Shown piece by piece: positions 10,679 through 22,547 of a stretch of DNA of 64,000 nucleotides. Source of the DNA: Flectonema sp. DT1601 (lineage: Eukaryota); contig OZ025800.1 of assembly GCA_964019425.1 (NCBI GenBank), positions 992,001 to 1,056,000 on the forward strand. The letters run 5' to 3'. The position numbers and the translations under genes were made by a program. The notes under the pieces are model-generated. The model was not told where the DNA came from. It saw only the letters and a list, made by a program, of their open reading frames with translations, and did no database searches. How positions within the stretch are numbered: position 1 is the first letter of the stretch; each line of letters begins with the position of its first letter.

Positions 10679-12853
10679 ATGGATCGCAGGCTCTCTCTGC
10701 CGGGGATGGCATCTCATCTTCAGAGTACGATTGCTGTAGTTGGAGAAAGTGATTCAAGACCTCACAGATCAGCGGAGTTTGTTGTTGTTGAAGAGCGAAA
10801 GACAACATTTATTCAAGGAAGACGAATTGGAATGATTAGTGCTGTGTTAAACCTGGTTAATGCGATAATTGGATCTGGTGTGTTGGGATTGCCGTACATC
10901 TTGGCTGGTTCTGGAACTGTTCTGTTTCTAATAATGTTAGGATTTACTGCATTAATCATGGACTACTCTCTTCAATTACTAATCGCCTCCGCTGTTATTA
11001 CTCATCAACCTGGACAACCCTTTTCATATGAACTACTGGGAGAACAGGCTTTCGGACTTCGCGGTCGTGTTCTCGTGTCTCTCATGGTAATGGTTCAGAA
11101 CTGTGCGAACATGACTTCGTATTTTAAGGTATGATAGAAATGTTATTCATTTTGTGTGTACTCTTGGTGAACATAATCAAAACAACTCACTCAGGTATTT
11201 AAAGATGTCGTCAGCTCTCTTGTTGGATCTGGTCATGGTATTATGGGTAACTCAGACTTCACAACATCTATTGCTGCAATTGGATTCGTATTCCCAATTG
11301 CTTGCAGTAGTAAGATTGGATTTCTTGGTTACGTTGGAGTGCTTCAGATTGTTATCGTTTCAGTTTTTGTTGGGTATGTGTCTTGTGTTGGTATTTTTAT
11401 AATATTTAATTAACGTAAATCTAAAAATTAAAAAAACTCAGATACGTCTTCTACGAAGCGATTCACGTTGGTAGTGAAGTACGTGATGGAAGTGAAGCAG
11501 GTGGTGATGTTGAACTTTTTGCCCCGTCATCGAAAACATTTTTAGCGATGCCAACGATGTGTTTTTCGTACATCTGTCACACTGCTCTTCTTCCTATTTA
11601 TGATGAATTACAAGAGGCTGATGACTTGGGAAGGACAAAGAGACCAACAAAGAGAATATCACTCGTGGTTCACTACTCCATTGCTATTGCTACGTCTTTG
11701 TATGCTGTTGCTTCGGTAGCCGGTTATCAATTGTTTGGTAAAAATACTGAAAAGGATTTATTGGACTCATTTGATCCAGATATCTTCTATCCAACTAATC
11801 ACGCGGTAAAACTTTTATTTGCTGTTTGTTGTTTGCTTTCTGTTCCTTTGCAATGCGTTCCATTCAGAAGAGCGTTTACCTCAATGAAAAACATTGCAAT
11901 GGGCGACTACGAAGCGATGACATGGTTGGCGAAATCAATTATTTCATTAGATAATTGGAAGACGCTGAGCGCGAGAGAGAGAGCTGAAGCTCTAAACATC
12001 TCTCTTGAGGAGATCCCTTCTGAGGACACAGAAACATTAGACTTCGCCTTGTTAGTTTTGAACGACCCTAATTTATATAAATACAACGTTCCAGCTAATG
12101 TGAATGGCGCTCTAGTTATAAAGACATTTGGACCTTTCGTTCGTTGGCTACGCAATGGTTGTATGATGCTTGTTCCTGTTCCTATTGAAACACAAGAAGA
12201 TCAGAATCCTGAGAAGATTGAAATCGATTCGTATGATCATTTTCTTATCTAATTACAGTGAGTTGAGTCATTAGGATTTCTCTTTTTATACTTAAACACA
12301 AACAACAACAGAATGCCAACATGCGCTTGCCCAGCTCCAAAGGAAGGATGGTTGTCACACATCGCCAAGACTGCTCTGGCAATCGGTCTCTGTCTGTCAT
12401 TGGCGCTATTCGTTCCAGCTATCACCGTGGTATGTCTTACTTTTTATAATCAATTTGAGTGTCAACGAACCGTCAGTCACTTTCTGATAAAGAAAATATA
12501 ACAAATACGAAAAAAATCAGGTTTTCGCCGCTGCTGGTGCCACCAGCAGTGTTTGGTTAGAAATAATTCTACCGGCTGCTATCTATTTGAAACTCTCTCT
12601 CAGTAGAGCTAATTTGAGTAACGTTAAGAAGTTTGGTTCTGTTAGAGACACCTCTTGCAGGAATGACTCAGTTATTAACAACGAAGAAGAGTCTGAGAAT
12701 GAAGATGATGAACTCCTCACCCAGGCACTAAAAGAAGAAGTATCGCCTTACGCTAGTATATTACCATCGCTATTGCTGGGGTTTGGATGTTTTGTCTTCC
12801 CTGTTTCATGGGGAGGTATGCTCTACAATTGGGGAGTCTTCGATTCTTTATAG
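10679..12853 (+). CDS. Amino-acid/auxin permease (AAAP, SLC38-like) transporter; 5 exons: 10679-11128, 11195-11373, 11442-12230, 12312-12429, 12521-12853
   Basis: Family motifs NLVNAIIGSGVLGLPY, FSYICH and GYQLFG, with many TM segments. Removing four GTATG...CAG introns (11129-11194, 11374-11441, 12231-12311, 12430-12520) joins the ORF pieces in frame; checked codon by codon at each junction. Confidence 0.9.
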
Positions 12854-13224
12854 ACACTTCGTAGAATAATTGATTGACTGACTGGACGCTTCCTGTCGTA
12901 AGGCATATCTGATGATGTTGGCTGTTTGATATTTTATAATGCTTGGTAGTGCCACAAGATGTTTCCCGTCTGCGCAATACGACTCAGCTAAGTAAGAAAT
13001 GAACAGTACCTCACATCACTATTCAAGTGGTTGTCGGATGTCGAACTGCTTTAGATCTCAAAAGTTTGGTATTCGATTGTCAATTCCAATGTTTTTTGCT
13101 GATCATATACTCCTCCTTTCACTTGCGGAGTTTAATCTCTGATGATCTGTTTAGTAATCGATTGTGATGTTATTTATTCCCTCTTCCCCCCTTTTTTTTA
13201 GTACAACATGTATCACAAACTATC

Positions 13225-13271
<47 letters not shown>

Positions 13272-14290
13272 TTAACTCTGGTACAATAAAGATGTTTATA
13301 TTTCTTCATAAATATGTTCAAGCTTTTTTTTTTTTTTTCAGTTTAACCTAATTACTTATCTAAGTATAGTAAGGTTTATTACTGTTTCTACATTGTCAAA
13401 CTATCACCCTTCCTTTCAGTCTATACTTAAACATCTCTTTACTGTTAACAAATGCACTCATGTTGCCTTTTTTATGAATTGGTATTGGTCTTTGTTTGGT
13501 GAGACTAGACATCGTAAGCGTTCCACGTAGACTGATTGTTTGAGAGGTTTGTTGTTTCACTTTAAAAAAAAAATAATGTAAATTGAAAAAATTAATTTGG
13601 GTATTCAGACATATGAAAAAAAAAAAAAAAAATTATACACTTGGAAGACGTGTCGGAAGACTTTCCCTCTCCCCTTCGTCCTGTTGGTCGTCTTCACAAC
13701 AAAACGTTTAGTGGCAAAGCGAGCATTTTTCTATTTTCTTTTTTTAAATATATTTTTTTTGATTTCTCATTTGCTCGCATTTGTTGTATCATCAAATTTA
13801 TGTTCCTGATTATAAAATAGCATCGAAGGAATAATAAAAAAACAACAACAAACAAAATAAAGAAAAAATTATGGAAATATTCTTTTTCAGACAATAATGT
13901 AGATGCGACAAGATTCCTTATTTGCGAATGAGGCTCTCTACGGTGGGGTCTGACATAACTTGCACTTCTCTTCGCAGGTGAGTTCCTTTAATCGCTGCAC
14001 ACAAATTGAATAACGTTGTTGTTCGTATTAGCAAATGCATTCCGTAAGTCTTCTCTAGGGTATTTGTTTTTTTGCAAATATAAACGTATCAAAGAAAAAA
14101 AAAAAAAAAGAGAGAAAGAAAAATAAATAAATTGCGCGTCTCTTTTTTTGTGTTGATTTTGTTTTTATTTCAGGTGGAATTATGATGTCAGTAAAAAAAA
14201 GTAATGTTCTTTTGTGTGTTTATCAAAAAAAAAAAAAAAATATTGTAATTTTTATTCCCCTGAGAAGCAAACGTTGTCTAACGATACTAT

Positions 14291-14380
14291 GAAACTACAA
14301 TCTTCGCGATTGGGTCCTTACTGATGCGGGCTACCCAGACCCCTCGTAGTCATCAGTTGGTATTTTGCTAACTAACTAAC
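14291..14380 (+). mobile_element. Short structured repeat with (CTAA)n tail (module M1)
   Basis: Near-identical copy at 47813-47900 and an internally deleted copy at about 42570-42647. All end in ctaactaact. Confidence 0.7.
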
Positions 14381-15664
14381 GGTGTTTTGATAATATATCT
14401 GAATAAAATAAAATAGGAAAAGACATGAACAGGAGTGTTACTTTACTTTCTATGCTGTCTGAACTGACTGAGTTGTGCAGTAGTTTCACAGATGAAGCAA
14501 TTACTGTTAAAATAAAAAAAACATCATAAATTTATTTCACGTTAATAGTCGTGTGTTTTTTGTGGAGAAAAAAATAAATAAAAATAAAAAAGAAATATTC
14601 CTGCGTGTTGCCGATACGCACGTTGCAAATTTCACAATTCCTGTCCGTGTCTTCAACTTTTTTTTCCCTCTTTCATTTCCCATCCTCTTTTTAAAGAAAG
14701 AAAAGCTTACTACTAACAAATAATCACACTTATTAATGCCGTCGCGTTTATTTCTCTGCAACCTGCTTATCGTGTTCACGTTTTTCTGTACTTGTTATTC
14801 ACTAAGCCTTGACACTATTTTCGTGTCTGTTACTTTTGCAGTTAAGGTCCCGTCCTGCTTTTTGATAATATTTGTTTAACGTACAACCTGTGTGGCGATG
14901 GTTTGCATTAATTTAAGGGGGAAAAAAAAAAAAAAAACTCTTTTGAACTTTGTTCGAATCCGTCTCTTCCATACTGCTGTCTCATCCAATGGTTCTTTAT
15001 TTAAATTTTATTTTTATTATTGTGATGGGAAAAAAAAAAATACTCAGGAAAGGTGCGTGAATTTATTTTATTTTACTATTTATGTTGTTTCCATTTCTTA
15101 TTCTCTAAAAACGTATATCAGAGAACCTAAAAATATTATTTCGATTGTCACCAACAGAATATTATAAAATTCAAAAGTTTAGGGAAGCGGTGCGCAATTA
15201 TTTATACTTTTGTTGATTTGCGTGGCTTCAGATCTTAACGTGTTGTTTGACTTTCAATTTAATATTTTTATCGTTTTCAATAATAGTAATTTAAGAGTCT
15301 AAATTTTGGAAAGGTATTTTCGTAAGGAGTTTTCAGTAATTTATAGAATATTCTTATTTCCTTACTGAACTTCGCCAATCAAAGTTTTTGTGTTGTTTGA
15401 CTTTGGCTGTATTGTGGTGTTGGTTGTGGATTTATTTCTGTTTGTTCTATGCGTACTTTGAATTGATCAGAGGAGTCTTCATTCTTTAGAAATAATATTT
15501 TAGTTTGTTAGCACATAAATTTATCATCATATTCTCTTAAGACAGAATAATTGTGTTGGTGGGTTGATTATCTTGAACATATGGTTTAAACTCTCCAGTT
15601 TAATTAAATCACTCAAGTCATTTATTCATTCATTCATCCAGCCTCCATCGCTAAAGTAAAAATC

Positions 15665-16951
15665 ATGTCAACCACAACCGTTGCCTCGAGTGCCTGCTTT
15701 GATGCAACAGTAGACGGCAAGTTGGTACAGTGGGAAGTGAAGGTAACTCCCGACCCTGAGAGGAAAACCAACTGGTGTATTTGGTTGGAAGATGAGCAGT
15801 TGGATCAGTTCCTCTGCAGTTGGCATTGGGACGGGATCATGGGAGACGACGACGATCTGGATTTCGATTCAGATTCGGATGTCGATGAGGAAGAATGGGG
15901 AGCAACAACTGAATCAGCAACAGCACCGGCGACATCAGCATCAGCTGCGGCAGCAACTGAACTGGCAACGGCAGCAACTGAATCAGTAACAACAACAACT
16001 GTAACATCCCCAACACCAGCATCAGCAGCAACTGCAGCAACTGAATCAGTAACAACAGCAACAACCGAACCAGCTGCAACAACATCAGCATCAGCAGCAA
16101 CTGAATCAGCAACGGCAACAACTGCAACGTCACCAGCATTCCCAGCAACTGAATCAGCTGCAGCAGTACCTGTAACAGCATCAGCATCAGCATCAGCATC
16201 AGCATCAGCATCATCAGCATCAGCATCAGCAGCAGCAGCAACTGAACCAGCAACGACCTCTAAAACTATAATCGAAACAACGATCATGAGATCTTCCCCG
16301 ACTATAACAACAACGACAACAACAACAATAACAACAACAGCAACAACTACAATACCAAAATCAGCGGGGAAAGTTACTAACTCCAAGTCGAATGTTGGCA
16401 ATGCAGCTTTGGTCATGCCGACGAAGACGAAGGAGCAGAGGAAGACACGGAAGCAGAAAGTGGTTGCAAAGAAAGACAAGAAGAAGGAGAATGACAAACC
16501 TAAATTTGCTTTGCAGAAGTCTTCTAAGCAGACGGGGATCGTTTCGCCTCCGAAGAAATCATTGTGCAGTCGAAAGAAGCGAACGATCTCTTCGATTCCT
16601 TCGTCTTCCAGTAGTGTTTCATTGGTTCCACAGCAGTCGAGAGTTGAAAAAGGAAAAGGAAAAGGAAAAGTAAAAGAAACAGAAACAGAAAAAGAAAAAG
16701 AAAGAGAAGATGACAAAGTTAAAGTTAAAATTGAAGTTGTGCTGCCTCGTTCATGCATCCCTTCTGCTGTCGATGATGCAAACCTAAGTGAGATTCTGCC
16801 ACCACAACATCACCACGCCGCTCGCATCCTTGCTGGGCGCAGCAAGTCGCCACACGCACTTTCACGTGCGGCAAGAGTGCTTCGGTCGGCCGACTGCAAT
16901 TTCTGGGAAGCAGAGAAAATGCTGTGCAAGAGAGTGTCATTCTGCTTGTGA
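15665..16951 (+). CDS. Array orphan protein copy 1 (Trp-rich N-domain, acidic patch, Thr/Ala/Ser linker, Lys-rich region, possible UBA/CUE-like C-terminus)
   Basis: 428-aa ATG ORF preceded by the acceptor-like ttcattcattcatccag; intact in all nine units. Confidence 0.75.
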   Translation: MSTTTVASSACFDATVDGKLVQWEVKVTPDPERKTNWCIWLEDEQLDQFLCSWHWDGIMGDDDDLDFDSDSDVDEEEWGATTESATAPATSASAAAATELATAATESVTTTTVTSPTPASAATAATESVTTATTEPAATTSASAATESATATTATSPAFPATESAAAVPVTASASASASASASSASASAAAATEPATTSKTIIETTIMRSSPTITTTTTTTITTTATTTIPKSAGKVTNSKSNVGNAALVMPTKTKEQRKTRKQKVVAKKDKKKENDKPKFALQKSSKQTGIVSPPKKSLCSRKKRTISSIPSSSSSVSLVPQQSRVEKGKGKGKVKETETEKEKEREDDKVKVKIEVVLPRSCIPSAVDDANLSEILPPQHHHAARILAGRSKSPHALSRAARVLRSADCNFWEAEKMLCKRVSFCL

Positions 16952-18464
16952 GCCCAGTAGTGAGATCTTCTTTCGATTATTCAAAATGTTTTTTGAATTT
17001 TCTTTCGCATGCGCTTTGTTTTATTTTTTCATGCCGTTTTATATTTATTATTTTATTTCAAAAAAACAATTATTCTGTTCTGTGTGGTGGACACGATAGG
17101 ATCCTTTATTAATTAACTTATTCCTATCTTTTTTTTTAAAACTCTTTTTTTTTTTTTTTTTTTGTAACCTGTAACCATCCGATATTTTGTTCTGTTCTTT
17201 TGTGAGAATGGAATGGCGTTTTTGTTGAAAACCTCATTCCTTCCTTTCTTTAGACCAATTCTTATATTTTATAATCAGTCTTAATCAGTCTTAATCACTT
17301 TAAAATTTAAAATTTTGTATTTTTTGGAGACGTGATTTCCACAATTCAGGTAATCCTCGTCCCAAACAGGCAACCACAGCCTCACATCATTCTCCTCTCC
17401 CTTCTGTCTGTGTGTTCAATTTGTTTTGAATACGACTGACTGATTGACTCCTTCGAACTTGTAATTGACGACAACGACGACTGGGGAGCTCTCCTTCACT
17501 TCACACACTCAGCTGCTTGCTTTGCTTTGCTTTGCTTTGCTTTTTTTTTTGTCTTCGCTACTTACACAACAGCGATTCTAGTCATATAGATACCGCAAGG
17601 AGAATGTTTTTTTTTTTTTGTTTTTTTTTGCAACTTTTGTTGTTACACTTTCAACAAGACTTGCTTTTCGGCATGTCTTTTGTTGTTTGTTCAGAATGTA
17701 TTTTGTGTCCGTGTGGGTGGGGTGCGGGACTCAATGGAAAGCTGTGAGTTTTCAATTTGAGGGACGTGTTCCAAATAACTTACTTACTTGCTCACTTGTA
17801 TTATGGCAAAGGCTTCCTTGGCTGTATTTCTTTTTTACACAATTCTTAATACACACAACAACTCCAGCAAACAAAACACACAACACACAACACACAAACA
17901 CACAAACACACATACACACTTACCAAGTCACCATGGGTACAACGACCTGTACCTGAGTGACACAATGCCGGATGGATTCCGTTGAGGGGATCGACTCCAG
18001 TATGACACTTTTTGTATCTTTCTTTTTGATTTTAAATTTTAAATTTTAAATTTTGTGTTTTTTGTTTTTTTGCACTATTTCATACAACCCAGTTAATAAC
18101 ACAAATCCCTTCTTTTGGCATTTTTCAGTCCCAAACCGGCTTTTGCTGTTTTCATGCTCAACAACCTTTTGTAATAAATAATTCAGTTCCATTAATTAAT
18201 GAATGATCACTTTTTTAAACATTTTTTATATTGCGTTGTCTTCATCGCGTTCTTGCCGTGTTATTATATTTTTAAACACGAAGTGAGAACAGAAGGCGTC
18301 GCCACACACTTACCCCTTTCTTATTCTTAAATCTTATTAAAGTTACTCGATCGACTTCTTGTTGGCCGCAAGCTGTTTCTTTTGCATGCTGTTGGATAGG
18401 TTTTTAAATCACTCAAGTCATTTATTCATTCATTCATCCAGCCTCCATCGCTAAAGTAAAAATC

Positions 18465-19745
18465 ATGTCAACCACAACCGTTGCCTCGAGTGCCTGCTTT
18501 GATGCAACAGTAGACGGCAAGTTGGTACAGTGGGAAGTGAAGGTAACTCCCGACCCTGAGAGGAAAACCAACTGGTGTATTTGGTTGGAAGATGAGCAGT
18601 TGGATCAGTTCCTCTGCAGTTGGCATTGGGACGGGATCATGGGAGACGACGACGATCTGGATTTCGATTCAGATTCGGATGTCGATGAGGAAGAATGGGG
18701 AGCAACAACTGAATCAGCAACAGCACCGGCGACATCAGCATCAGCTGCGGCAGCAACTGAACTGGCAACGGCAGCAACTGAATCAGTAACAACAACAACT
18801 GTAACATCCCCAACACCAGCATCAGCAGCAACTGCAGCAACTGAATCAGTAACAACAGCAACAACCGAACCAGCTGCAACAACATCAGCATCAGCAGCAA
18901 CTGAATCAGCAACGGCAACAACTGCAACGTCACCAGCATTCCCAGCAACTGAATCAGCTGCAGCAGTACCTGTAACAGCATCAGCATCAGCATCAGCATC
19001 AGCATCATCAGCATCAGCATCAGCAGCAGCAGCAACTGAACCAGCAACGACCTCTAAAACTATAATCGAAACAACGATCATGAGATCTTCCCCGACTATA
19101 ACAACAACGACAACAACAACAATAACAACAACAGCAACAACTACAATACCAAAATCAGCGGGGAAAGTTACTAACTCCAAGTCGAATGTTGGCAATGCAG
19201 CTTTGGTCATGCCGACGAAGACGAAGGAGCAGAGGAAGACACGGAAGCAGAAAGTGGTTGCAAAGAAAGACAAGAAGAAGGAGAATGACAAACCTAAATT
19301 TGCTTTGCAGAAGTCTTCTAAGCAGACGGGGATCGTTTCGCCTCCGAAGAAATCATTGTGCAGTCGAAAGAAGCGAACGATCTCTTCGATTCCTTCGTCT
19401 TCCAGTAGTGTTTCATTGGTTCCACAGCAGTCGAGAGTTGAAAAAGGAAAAGGAAAAGGAAAAGTAAAAGAAACAGAAACAGAAAAAGAAAAAGAAAGAG
19501 AAGATGACAAAGTTAAAGTTAAAATTGAAGTTGTGCTGCCTCGTTCATGCATCCCTTCTGCTGTCGATGATGCAAACCTAAGTGAGATTCTGCCACCACA
19601 ACATCACCACGCCGCTCGCATCCTTGCTGGGCGCAGCAAGTCGCCACACGCACTTTCACGTGCGGCAAGAGTGCTTCGGTCGGCCGACTGCAATTTCTGG
19701 GAAGCAGAGAAAATGCTGTGCAAGAGAGTGTCATTCTGCTTGTGA
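18465..19745 (+). CDS. Array orphan protein copy 2
   Basis: 426 aa; near-identical to copy 1. Confidence 0.75.
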   Translation: MSTTTVASSACFDATVDGKLVQWEVKVTPDPERKTNWCIWLEDEQLDQFLCSWHWDGIMGDDDDLDFDSDSDVDEEEWGATTESATAPATSASAAAATELATAATESVTTTTVTSPTPASAATAATESVTTATTEPAATTSASAATESATATTATSPAFPATESAAAVPVTASASASASASSASASAAAATEPATTSKTIIETTIMRSSPTITTTTTTTITTTATTTIPKSAGKVTNSKSNVGNAALVMPTKTKEQRKTRKQKVVAKKDKKKENDKPKFALQKSSKQTGIVSPPKKSLCSRKKRTISSIPSSSSSVSLVPQQSRVEKGKGKGKVKETETEKEKEREDDKVKVKIEVVLPRSCIPSAVDDANLSEILPPQHHHAARILAGRSKSPHALSRAARVLRSADCNFWEAEKMLCKRVSFCL

Positions 19746-21266
19746 GCCCAGTAGTGAGATCTTCTTTCGATTATTCAAAATGTTTTTTGAATTTTCTTTC
19801 GCATGCGCTTTGTTTTATTTTTTCATGCCGTTTTATATTTATTATTTTATTTCAAAAAAACAATTATTCTGTTCTGTGTGGTGGACACGATAGGATCCTT
19901 TATTAATTAACTTATTCCTATCTTTTTTTTTAAAACTCTTTTTTTTTTTTTTTTTTTTGTAACCTGTAACCATCCGATATTTTGTTCTGTTCTTTTGTGA
20001 GAATGGAATGGCGTTTTTGTTGAAAACCTCATTCCTTCCTTTCTTTAGACCAATTCTTATATTTTATAATCAGTCTTAATCAGTCTTAATCACTTTAAAA
20101 TTTAAAATTTTGTATTTTTTGGAGACGTGATTTCCACAATTCAGGTAATCCTCGTCCCAAACAGGCAACCACAGCCTCACATCATTCTCCTCTCCCTTCT
20201 GTCTGTGTGTTCAATTTGTTTTGAATACGACTGACTGATTGACTCCTTCGAACTTGTAATTGACGACAACGACGACTGGGGAGCTCTCCTTCACTTCACA
20301 CACTCAGCTGCTTGCTTTGCTTTGCTTTGCTTTGCTTTTTTTTTTGTCTTCGCTACTTACACAACAGCGATTCTAGTCATATAGATACCGCAAGGAGAAT
20401 GTTTTTTTTTTTTTGTTTTTTTTTGCAACTTTTGTTGTTACACTTTCAACAAGACTTGCTTTTCGGCATGTCTTTTGTTGTTTGTTCAGAATGTATTTTG
20501 TGTCCGTGTGGGTGGGGTGCGGGACTCAATGGAAAGCTGTGAGTTTTCAATTTGAGGGACGTGTTCCAAATAACTTACTTACTTGCTCACTTGTATTATG
20601 GCAAAGGCTTCCTTGGCTGTATTTCTTTTTTACACAATTCTTAATACACACAACAACTCCAGCAAACAAAACACACAACACACAACACACAACACACAAA
20701 CACACAAACACACATACACACTTACCAAGTCACCATGGGTACAACGACCTGTACCTGAGTGACACAATGCCGGATGGATTCCGTTGAGGGGATCGACTCC
20801 AGTATGACACTTTTTGTATCTTTCTTTTTGATTTTAAATTTTAAATTTTAAATTTTGTGTTTTTTGTTTTTTTGCACTATTTCATACAACCCAGTTAATA
20901 ACACAAATCCCTTCTTTTGGCATTTTTCAGTCCCAAACCGGCTTTTGCTGTTTTCATGCTCAACAACCTTTTGTAATAAATAATTCAGTTCCATTAATTA
21001 ATGAATGATCACTTTTTTAAACATTTTTTATATTGCGTTGTCTTCATCGCGTTCTTGCCGTGTTATTATATTTTTAAACACGAAGTGAGAACAGAAGGCG
21101 TCGCCACACACTTACCCCTTTCTTATTCTTAAATCTTATTAAAGTTACTCGATCGACTTCTTGTTGGCCGCAAGCTGTTTCTTTTGCATGCTGTTGGATA
21201 GGTTTTTAAATCACTCAAGTCATTTATTCATTCATTCATCCAGCCTCCATCGCTAAAGTAAAAATC

Positions 21267-22547
21267 ATGTCAACCACAACCGTTGCCTCGAGTGCCTGCT
21301 TTGATGCAACAGTAGACGGCAAGTTGGTACAGTGGGAAGTGAAGGTAACTCCCGACCCTGAGAGGAAAACCAACTGGTGTATTTGGTTGGAAGATGAGCA
21401 GTTGGATCAGTTCCTCTGCAGTTGGCATTGGGACGGGATCATGGGAGACGACGACGATCTGGATTTCGATTCAGATTCGGATGTCGATGAGGAAGAATGG
21501 GGAGCAACAACTGAATCAGCAACAGCACCGGCGACATCAGCATCAGCTGCGGCAGCAACTGAACTGGCAACGGCAGCAACTGAATCAGTAACAACAACAA
21601 CTGTAACATCCCCAACACCAGCATCAGCAGCAACTGCAGCAACTGAATCAGTAACAACAGCAACAACCGAACCAGCTGCAACAACATCAGCATCAGCAGC
21701 AACTGAATCAGCAACGGCAACAACTGCAACGTCACCAGCATTCCCAGCAACTGAATCAGCTGCAGCAGTACCTGTAACAGCATCAGCATCAGCATCAGCA
21801 TCAGCATCATCAGCATCAGCATCAGCAGCAGCAGCAACTGAACCAGCAACGACCTCTAAAACTATAATCGAAACAACGATCATGAGATCTTCCCCGACTA
21901 TAACAACAACGACAACAACAACAATAACAACAACAGCAACAACTACAATACCAAAATCAGCGGGGAAAGTTACTAACTCCAAGTCGAATGTTGGCAATGC
22001 AGCTTTGGTCATGCCGACGAAGACGAAGGAGCAGAGGAAGACACGGAAGCAGAAAGTGGTTGCAAAGAAAGACAAGAAGAAGGAGAATGACAAACCTAAA
22101 TTTGCTTTGCAGAAGTCTTCTAAGCAGACGGGGATCGTTTCGCCTCCGAAGAAATCATTGTGCAGTCGAAAGAAGCGAACGATCTCTTCGATTCCTTCGT
22201 CTTCCAGTAGTGTTTCATTGGTTCCACAGCAGTCGAGAGTTGAAAAAGGAAAAGGAAAAGGAAAAGTAAAAGAAACAGAAACAGAAAAAGAAAAAGAAAG
22301 AGAAGATGACAAAGTTAAAGTTAAAATTGAAGTTGTGCTGCCTCGTTCATGCATCCCTTCTGCTGTCGATGATGCAAACCTAAGTGAGATTCTGCCACCA
22401 CAACATCACCACGCCGCTCGCATCCTTGCTGGGCGCAGCAAGTCGCCACACGCACTTTCACGTGCGGCAAGAGTGCTTCGGTCGGCCGACTGCAATTTCT
22501 GGGAAGCAGAGAAAATGCTGTGCAAGAGAGTGTCATTCTGCTTGTGA
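21267..22547 (+). CDS. Array orphan protein copy 3
   Basis: 426 aa; near-identical to copy 1. Confidence 0.75.
   Translation: MSTTTVASSACFDATVDGKLVQWEVKVTPDPERKTNWCIWLEDEQLDQFLCSWHWDGIMGDDDDLDFDSDSDVDEEEWGATTESATAPATSASAAAATELATAATESVTTTTVTSPTPASAATAATESVTTATTEPAATTSASAATESATATTATSPAFPATESAAAVPVTASASASASASSASASAAAATEPATTSKTIIETTIMRSSPTITTTTTTTITTTATTTIPKSAGKVTNSKSNVGNAALVMPTKTKEQRKTRKQKVVAKKDKKKENDKPKFALQKSSKQTGIVSPPKKSLCSRKKRTISSIPSSSSSVSLVPQQSRVEKGKGKGKVKETETEKEKEREDDKVKVKIEVVLPRSCIPSAVDDANLSEILPPQHHHAARILAGRSKSPHALSRAARVLRSADCNFWEAEKMLCKRVSFCL

Noticed and set aside
13226..13270. Long poly-T run as a retroposon tail
   Set aside because: Homopolymer runs are common throughout, and no associated repeat or TSD is visible.
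15805..16758. 315-323-aa antisense ORF and poly-Leu/Met ORF in each array unit
   Set aside because: Shadow frames of GCA/ACA/TCA-rich low-complexity coding sequence.
17933..17956. ATG...TGT ACC TGA as a selenoprotein, or CTGAGTGA as a hammerhead core
   Set aside because: No SECIS-like element seen; the core spacing is wrong and no GAAA partner follows.
15604..18405. Array unit as a Helitron or LTR/TIR transposon
   Set aside because: No TC...CTRR ends at the true unit boundaries, no terminal repeats and no transposase/RT motifs.
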